64,000 nt of DNA, taken from positions 1-64,000 of the forward strand of contig DF236983.1 in NCBI GenBank assembly GCA_000708835.1, written 5' to 3'. Source of the stretch: Klebsormidium nitens (Eukaryota; Plantae; Klebsormidiophyceae). A program made the position numbers and the translations under genes. Below, one piece after another: positions 55,301 through 64,000 of this stretch. Each line of letters opens with the position of its first letter. Within the stretch, counting starts at the first letter, position 1. The notes below the pieces were generated by a model. The model had not been told where the DNA came from, did not search any database, and was given only the letters and a program-made list of their open reading frames with translations.

Positions 55301-58300
55301 TGGTTCTACATTCTGGCACTGGCCGTCTTAAGCGAGCCTCGGAGCGTGTTTGGAGAGCTTCTGCAGCGTGAGCTAAAACCGTCGGAACTTCCCAAATGTC
55401 GCAATTGTGAGGCTCCCCACCGGAAAGAGTCGAGTGCGACTGAGCGTCGAAGATTCTTTTTGGCACATGCAGATGCTTTTAGACGGACACTGTCAATGAT
55501 CATGACCCTGTTATCGAACGTCCCGTGATGCCTGTCTCCTAATAGTGAGCAGGTCTCCTACTTAGACATTCGTCTGGCTAAAATTCACACTTAGAACCTT
55601 GCAAAGACGTGCCGAAAAGCAGTAGACAAACCAAAAAAAACTTGCAACGCTTTTCGCAGGTCTTGGCCGGGCGAGCTTGGACGGACAAGACGACAAAGCT
55701 GACGGGAGAGGTGACGTATAACCACCAGCCGGTCGCGGAGACGCAATACCGACGGCTAGCCACGTACATCGGCCAGGTGGGTCTAGTCAAACCTGCATAG
55801 CCGCGATTCCTCTTTCTTCGTTCCTTTCGGTGGCTTGACAAGTATCTTTCCGACAGGTTTTGGTCTCATTTCATTAGGTCTTTGGCACCCAAATCCGAAC
55901 GATTGAGATTGCTGAAACCCTGCCTGCTCGCCAAGATCATTTGCTCAAAGAACTGCCCCGAGGGTGATACTCTTGTTTCGATCTCCTTTTTGGAGTTTCC
56001 AGACTAACCTTCGCAAATAAACGTAGCGAGGACCGCTCCTGGACCGCTCCCAAGCTTGCTGCTATTTCGTCTAATATAGTCAGTGCAAATCGTCGAGATT
56101 CCCTGGATGTTTAGATCTAGAAAGACTCTTAAGGGAAAGCATACCTTTCTTCCAACCTTATAAACCCGAGACCTTGGACGTACGTTCTTGGAAAGAACTA
56201 AACCCAATTCTTTCTCGGCAGACGGACAAGCACCTGCCGACGCTGACGGTGCGCGAGACGTGCGACTTTGCGCGCGACTGCACGACGGACACGCTGGTGA
56301 CGGACGAGAGCCACCGGCAGTACCTTTTCCAAGTTGGCGGGGCCGTGGGGGAAGCACTTGAAAACCGAGGTGAGTGCACACATTATGGGCTTAGTTACGT
56401 TCTGTTTCGTACGAATTAGCTCACTGAGGACCTATTCCGCACGAAGATGGAGAAAGATATAGATAGCGGACACCAGACTGATGAGATCGTTCGTAGCGCT
56501 GCGGCTGCGTTTGGAACAGTTGCTCAATTTTCTGAGACGCATGGCTTCTGGAACATTTGCATTGTAACTCTGGGATGCATTCCTACATTGCATGGGTAGC
56601 GGACCACTTCCTAACTTGCTTGTTATCGCATGTGGCTAGCTCTTTCAATACAGAAGGGGAGCGTACAAACCTATGCTCCTTTCCTCCAACGCTTCTATAC
56701 CGTGACGACGTCACACTTTTAGTTCCTATCCCGCAAACCTAGGGTTCCGCTTGCTGAAAAGACTCCCATTTTTTGAGCAGGTTATCCTTAACCTGATGGG
56801 CCTGGGTCGCGCCGGCGACACCCCGATCGGCGACCGCGTCCGGCGGGGCGTGAGCGGCGGGGAGCGCCACCGCGTGACGACTGCCGAGATGCTGTGCGGG
56901 ACATACGTCGTCTTCCTCTTCGATGAGATCAGCACGGGGCTCGACAGCTCGGCCACGTAAGCGCGCCGCGTTTCCTGGATAGCATCTTCTTTTGCAAAAG
57001 GACTCGGCTTTTGGCTTTGCAATTGCTGCAGCCTAGCACCGCAGGTGGTGAGCTAAACAGCGGCTCTGGACTCGTTGGGTTTGGGCCTGTAATTGCCATG
57101 CGCCCACTTGCAGACACGACCAACCATTAGTTTGCCAACATTTGCCAGAGATTCAGGTCACCACTCTGCCCCGTTTTCGGATGGTCCGGGCGAAGAGTGG
57201 CCATTCCGCAGAGTCTGCATTCTAGACTTGCCCCGAATCTTGCTCGGAATTGAGTCAGCCGACGGCACAATCTTCCTCTTCTCTACTCACTTCCAGCTTC
57301 CAGCGCCTTCGGGTTTTGATTCTTGGGTTTCTGCCCACTCCCCCCTTTTCAACGAGTTCCGCCCATTCCTGCGAGTTCCGCCCTTTTCCGCACAATCCGC
57401 CCATAACTTCGCCAGCTCTTCTGGTACAGGTACGACATCGTGTCGGCGATCCGCACGCTCGCGCGCACGTCCCAGACGACCAACCTGTTCTCGCTGCTGC
57501 AGCCGTCCCCCGAGGTGTTCGACCTCTTCGACCGCCTCGTGCTCCTCGACGAGGGGCGGATTGTCTACCAGGGGCCGCGCGAGGACGTCCTGCCCTACTT
57601 CGCAAAGCTGGGGTGAGCCGCCCCGTTCAATTTCTTTGCGTGGCAGGGACTTCATATGTATGGTTCTGTCCTCAAAGCTTGGGCATTCTTAGTTGTAAAG
57701 AAGCGGACTATAGGCAGGTGGCTCGAACGATCTGTCCCATCCGGAGCTCGGGTATCGCCAGCTCTTTGGCACGGTGGTTTAATTATGTCGGGGCTTGTGT
57801 GGCTACCCGGTCTTCTCAAGTTGCACCTTTGTGGCAGACTTCAAGGTCATAGTATTCGAGCTTATAACCAGAGGCTCTGGCTTTAGAAGCCTTTGATATC
57901 GGTCCCGGTGAAGGCTTGTGGGCTTTCAGGTTCCTCGACTCTCAGGCTTCGTAGTCAAGAGCCTGAGCCTAAGTACGTTGTAAAGCAGAATAGTGCCAAT
58001 CACCAGCCTACTCAGAATACTTTTCATGGTCACTAGCCGTTCTGACCTCTTCTTCATAGCTGCTTCAAGCCCAATGTCCAAGAGTCCTCTTCTGAACGTT
58101 ACAACTTGCAGTTTTTCCTATACTGTTGATGACGTGCCCTGTGCCTTGCAGTTACTTCAAGCCAAAGCACGTCGATGTCGCCGACTTCCTCCAAGAAGTG
58201 ACCACCGAGGCGGGGCGCATCTTTTTGCGCTCCGGTTTCCGAGCGCTCGACAGCCTCGGCTTTGCGGCGGCCTACAAGGCCAGCGAGCCGTTCGCAGAGG

Positions 58301-61300
58301 TGCAGCGGGTGGTGGAGAGCCCCGAGCTGAACCGCGAGATCGGGCTGTTTGGAGCCAAGCCGCTGGGGCTGCTCCTCGAGGACGGGAAAGTGCCCGGTGA
58401 GTGCATAAGCCCCTGCGATCTTTGCGCGCATCAAAGAGATGCGTGTTATGCGAGTGCCAAGCGGAAGTGACGGCCATTGAGCTGTTGAGGTGGCACCAAA
58501 AAGAAACAGAGACGCCAAGTGGTCTTCACTCGGTTGAATCTTTGACGGCTCACAAAAGGAAACTTTACTTGATTCGGATGGTGCTTTTAGAGTTTTCCCG
58601 CCGATTCATCTCTTCGACGTTGGACTGTTCAAACAGTTTCTGCTCTTTTGAATGCGGATTGCCCTGCTTCACGTGTATTCCGGCTTGGCGCTCAAGTGTG
58701 CCGCTCAAATGCCTCGGAATTGCTTCAACCTCTCTTTCTAGGACCAGGCGCAACTTGAAGATCATCCGGCCCTTCACTTGCTCTGCTTCTCAATCATTCA
58801 AGATTCGCGTGGCCATGTGGGTATGCCAGTCCTGATTCTTAGAGCAGAGCGTGCTGCCATCTGATCGGCAACCCCGATCTTACTCTAGATCCTCAGAATT
58901 GAATTCAAGGCAAAGTCTTTGCATGAATAAACAACCATTCAAACAGGAAGAAGAACCTGTCTCATTTCTTCGCCCAGCTGCTCTTCCCGTCATCGCCTCC
59001 TTGGACCCCTCCGGCAGCCTGGCCGCCGCTTCTGTCGTCAGCACGGACAAGGCCCAGCCCGGGGACGCCGTGACCGCCGTCTCCGGACCGTCCGGCAGCC
59101 TGGAGTATCTGGCGCTCAAAGACTCGGACGTCCGGACTGCGTCCGCAGTGGAGGGGCTCCTCGAGGCGTCGATGGACCCCGTGCGGCTGCAGGTGCAGCG
59201 GCCGGTCAATAAGGTAAGCGTGCAATGACGTCACCATCAACCTCAGTGGTGATTGTCGTTACGAGCTCAACGACGCTAAACAACCAAGCACAATATGACC
59301 TGCTCCGCACCTCAACCCATGCTAACACCCCTACTAAGCGGACCCGTCCTTGGCAAGTTCGATAAACCGACTGGTGGCTCGCTTGGTCCAGCTTCGTCCA
59401 AGCCTCGCTGACTCCCCTCTAATAGGACGCCAAACAGTCTAGATTCTGGAATTCTCGACTGGGCCGAATCCCTGTTTTCTGAACGAAAAACAAGAGACAC
59501 GTAACTGAGTAACTTTGAGCGACTCAAAATTCTCTCGTCCGCCGGAACCATACACCGTGAATCAAGCCTTCCAATCGGAACGTCTCAATGGGAGCCCGTT
59601 AATGAGTCTGCAATTCCAATTTTCTGACTGCTCCATATGTGCCTTTCCGTGTCCAGGAGGTGGGCTCCGAGTGGGCGACCTTCCTGTCCCGGGAGTTCGT
59701 GCAGCCAGTCTGGGAGAACACCAAGACCGTCTTCCGCCGCCAGTTCAAGGTCGCCATTCGCAACACCGTCTTCCTCTACGCCAGGCTCTTCCAGGTACGG
59801 GCACCGAAGCGTTGGCTGCGGAATTTGGGTCATATAGAGGAAGATAAGAAACTGAGAGAAGAAACTGATCAGGGGAATATGTTGAGAGGCTCAAACATTT
59901 TCGGACGGGGCCACCATGTGACGCTTTCAGTCGTGTTGTTGTGCGAAATTCGCCGAGATTGTCTGCTCTTGTCCGCATCGATAATATGTGATAGGAGCAC
60001 TTTACTGTTGTAGTGACTTCTCTAGACAAGCGACAAGGGAGGATAAAGCCATTCATCGTCAAGCACTCCAACAATCCCCCTCGTCATTCTGCCATCTTGG
60101 TGGTAACCTTCTATTACTGGACGTCTTCCAAGCAGATTGATATCCTCACCTTCCCCCTCATCAAGCCTTATATCAACACGTTTCTAAAAGCACTACTGTC
60201 TGCCATTGCCCCGTCAAACCCGCTAGGCTTCCCCCGCAGGTGTTGGTGCTGGGCACGTTCACGGGCACGGTGTTTTACCAGATCTCCAAGAATCCGACGC
60301 AGACGGACATGGACCTGCGCAAGTCGATCTCTTTCATCGCCGTGCTGGCAATGGCGCTCGGCGCTATGGCGCAGATCCCCAGCCAGATTGACGAGCGAGT
60401 GGTGAGCTGGGAACGGAAGGGAACGGAACGGTCTGGTGCTGAACGGAAGAAAGTGAAATGGACTTGTGCTCAACGCATCCATCCTTTCAAGATGGCGGAG
60501 AGTCGGGACACGACCAGCCTGTCTGGGCTCCGACTTTTGTATCCCGCTACACAATACAAAGCGCTCGGAAACTTTGTTCCACTGCCCTTTGGAACAAGTC
60601 CATGATGACAAACGGCCTTGAACGTTGAGCAGACTGCGTCTCTGGCGAAAGCAAAAGATAGCCCTGGTATCCACCGGTATTATCTTCATTGCCACGGCAT
60701 ACTAAATCTGAGGTTTCGCAGGTGTTCTACAAGCACCACGACGCCCGCTTCTTCCGAGCCAAGGCATACGCTATGGCGCTCGTGATTGCGGGCATCCCGT
60801 TCAGCTTCATGGAGGTGAGGCGTCCAAACTATTGTCTTGAGTCAGCCAAGGAAGGACGTGGCTTCAAGTCAACCGGATGACCTCCTTGGTTCTTGCTGCT
60901 TTCGGCTTCGATGATCGGTTGGATAGCGTTCTTGTGAGCCTTTGTGAAATCCTATTTAGCTGGGGGACGTGACAGTCAGCTCGTGCCTGTTTGTTGGAGG
61001 AGTTTATGGATGAGGGCTCACCAGCAGCAGCACGTCCCCTGCAGAACAGTATCACTACACCAGGGCGAATCAACGTAACCTCAAAAGTCAGCAAGTCTCA
61101 CATATTTGGAGCATGCCCCGTTATCTGACCACGCTTCGACAGCCCTCACCGCATCATCAGGCAGAAGAAGTGCCACTAACGCTTTGACAATGCCGGTCCA
61201 CTTTGGCGACTCTGAATACTTAGAAGTCCGAAATCTTGACGCTCTACAACCCTCCAGAAATTGGACATACTTTGAATGTTTTGCAGATTATCGTGTACTG

Positions 61301-64000
61301 CCCGTTGCTGTACTTCTTGACTGGCCTGAGCCTGGAGACGAATGGCGCGCACTTCTTCATCTTCCTGCTCATCGTGTTCGTGGCCGCGCTCTTCGGCTCC
61401 GCGCTCGTGCGCCTTCTCGCCGCCATCTCGCCGTCCAGAGAAGCCGCGGGCGGCCTCGCAGGTGGGCGTCCGAACAGCTTCTCACGTAGCTCTGTGCGTC
61501 CGAACACGATCTTGTGTGTGTTTGAACGGTGCATTTCTGCCTCGCAGAGCTGATTGTGGATTTCAGGGGCAATGTGCTGCATCGGACGGTGACCTTGTGC
61601 TCGAACGAGGATAATGCGCGTCAGTGTCTTTGTTTGCGAGCGGTAACTTGTGCGTCTTAACGGTGGCATTCTGATTCTGATCGGATGTGTTCTACCGCGT
61701 CGAGATAGTCGTCCATGCGTCTAAAGGGGATCCTGATCGCGTTGAATTGCATAGATTCGCGTCTCGACGGCCATACGCAGTGCGTTTAGAAGGTCACATG
61801 GGATGCCCGTCAGCGTATGCAGAGCCAGCGCTTGCGTATGAGCAGGGTCATGGGCTCATCTAACGGCCAGAAATTGTCCGCCAGGCCCTAGCCGGAACTC
61901 CGTCGGGAGCGGAATCAACCCTTTGACACGTCTCGTTCAATCTTCTAGCGTAAGGATTCAGCTATAAGTCCGACACTGTAGACTGTCAAGTTGAAGTCGT
62001 AGAATCTCCAGCCTATCTTGTGTTTGAACTCCTAGTCCGGTTGCATCCGGTACAACTCAGAACTTTTAAGTCCCTTGCCGTGTCGGGGTCCTTTTTCGTC
62101 TTTTTACAATTCCTTTTCTTTGATTGTGCTCAGGTCTGTTCGTCATCCTGCTCTTGCTCTTCTCGGGCTTCCTCATCGTAAAGAACAAGATCCCCCCATG
62201 GTGGTGAGTCCCAGCTCGTTTCTTTCTGTTTTTGTTTTTCCTTTCTTTTCTCCTTTACTTTCTTCCTTTCGTTTTTCTTTTTGATTCTCCCGCTTCCCTC
62301 CTGATCAAAACGCGTTGAATGCCCTAACAATGAGCAGTCACGAAGTTTTTGGACTATTCAACACGCGAAAGAGGGAAGATGCCATGGTGCCTGCATTGCT
62401 AATCCAGATTGTTTCAGCTGCCTGTCTTTCAGACACTGGCTTGCCTGACTGCACCCCAGTACCGCAGGAACCCGCGGAGCTGACGTCGCTGCTGACGTCT
62501 TTTTCTCCATCGTATTTCCCACCCCCAGGATCTGGTTCTACTACATCAACCCGCTGCAGTACGCCTACACGTCGATCGTCCTCAACGAATTTCTCTCGGG
62601 TACCTACGACTACCCCTGCAGCGATCCACGTGTCGACCTGGCAACCGCTTCTTTCTGCCGCGGCAAGCCGGACACGAGTGTTGCGGAAGCGTACTTGGCA
62701 ATCTACAAGTTCCCCAAAGGTTTCGGCCAAGTCTGGCTGGGCATCGGCGTGCTGTTCGCGTTCTACGTCTTCTTCACGATCCTCACCTTCATTGCCATGG
62801 AGAAAGTCAGGTGGGCTCATTGTGCTCGAGGGTTTGGCAGGGCTTTGACGCTCGACGTTCAAATACTCCGACGTTTTAACGCTAGCAGCAATTCAAGGGC
62901 CCTTTCGAAGAGAATAGCGCACAATCTCAAACCTTCGGAGATTGATACAGGCGCTTCTGCTTTGCACCACCCAACTGAAGCCGCTTGGAAGTACTACTAG
63001 CCGCTATGGTAGCTCATGCGAAGGCACGAGAAGGCTTCTGCTCTGTCCAGCTTTACTTCCTTATCGCAGGCGGACCTAGTTTTTAGCAGATTGAGGAAAT
63101 AGAGCGAGCGGCATCGTACGTCAACTGATTCAACTCTCCGCGTAAATTCTCGTTTGCAGGTTCCCCGACCAGAAGAACCCCCCCGCGCTCGCACCCTCCC
63201 GGCAAAAGAAGATGGTGATGCAAACGAGGCCGCCCCCGAAGCCATCGAAGCCGCCCCGACTGCTTCGACAGTGCACTCTGGCAATGGCGCCAACGGCGCT
63301 ACAAACGGTCGGGAGATCGAAGTGAGCAACGGCGGTGATGTGGAGCTGGGCGAACTGCCTGCCGGGGCCAAGTCCCCGGTGAAGTCCTCCGGGCTGGCGT
63401 TCCTGCCCATTACGCTCTCCTTCCACGACATCGTGTACGAGGTAACTCTCCGACCCTTGGCTGCAAATTCTGACAAATTCTTGACAAATCTTGGCCAGGT
63501 AACCAAAGATGGAGGCGCGGCGGAGAAGAGAAAACTCGTAAACAGCACAAAGGTATCGGTGGCTCTGTGCTCGACTGTGAACCCCTCCAAACGTAAGGAG
63601 GCAGCAAGTGCGACCAGCCTCATCCCTGGATCTTGGGGGGTGCCCGCGAGTTTGAGGAGTTGTCTATCATTGATGAGCGTTTTCGTACTTAGGCTCCCCC
63701 TGTCCATTGAATCCACTCCAACGCTCCCCTCGGCCGAAGGCTTTGACGGCTGTCTGCAGACTGCATCGAGGCGGCCAGGTTTGACATACTCTGCGATTCT
63801 CCTTCAAGCCAACGGCTCTCGCACTGATCTCTTCGCCCCGGTTGTCCAGATCGACGTCCCGGGCGCGTCCGAGCCTCGCGTGCTGCTTAACTACGTGTCT
63901 GGTTACGCAAAACCGGGCACCATGACGGCGCTCATGGGCAGCTCGGGGGCGGGCAAGACGACTCTGCTGGACGTGCTGGCCGGGCGGAAGACAACCGGGC
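52328..64000 (+). CDS. ABCG: Full-size ABCG (PDR-type) transporter, NBD1-(PDZ-like insert)-TMD1-NBD2..., incomplete at the window end
   Basis: NBD1: [13 protein letters not shown] (exon 55194-55277), [54 protein letters not shown]1: [61 protein letters not shown]2 start: [49 protein letters not shown]. The start codon at 52328 is inferred. Confidence 0.93.
54722..54872 (+). repeat. About 41-43 bp tandem repeat (about 3.5 copies) spanning an ABCG exon end and 5' splice site
   Basis: Units start at 54722 (gatgttccacatactg|gtgag), 54765, about 54806 and 54847 (gacgttccgcatactggtgag). Confidence 0.65.

Noticed and set aside
62997-63716. 239-aa minus-strand ORF and other long ORF-track entries overlapping IDE, PDI-like and ABCG exons
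   Set aside because: Antisense to well-supported exons or read-through into introns; no independent coding signal.

Overview
Eukaryotic, intron-dense genomic DNA with GT/GC-AG introns, GC3-rich exons and one 67-N assembly gap at 4186-4252. The gene set and intron style suggest a streptophyte green alga such as Klebsormidium (inference, not verified). Eight spliced protein-coding genes can be read by hand: a ubiquitin-like + P-loop NTPase (Crinkler-like) gene running off the left edge (-), insulin-degrading enzyme M16A (-), a multi-thioredoxin PDI-like ER protein (+), beta-amylase (+), PRMT10 (-), type II peroxiredoxin (+), Mediator MED20 (-), and a full-size ABCG/PDR transporter running off the right edge (+). 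Two short inverted-repeat elements (MITE-like) sit in divergent-promoter intervals, and a decayed ORF lies beside the gap. Most notable: (1) an apparent PDZ domain inserted between NBD1 and TMD1 of the ABCG transporter; (2) the Crinkler-like gene, whose ubiquitin-like domain keeps a di-Gly end; (3) CpG depletion in 5'-proximal introns of most genes. Most entries in the supplied ORF track are intron read-through or antisense shadows. All family calls come from recognised motifs, not database searches; exon coordinates were traced manually.
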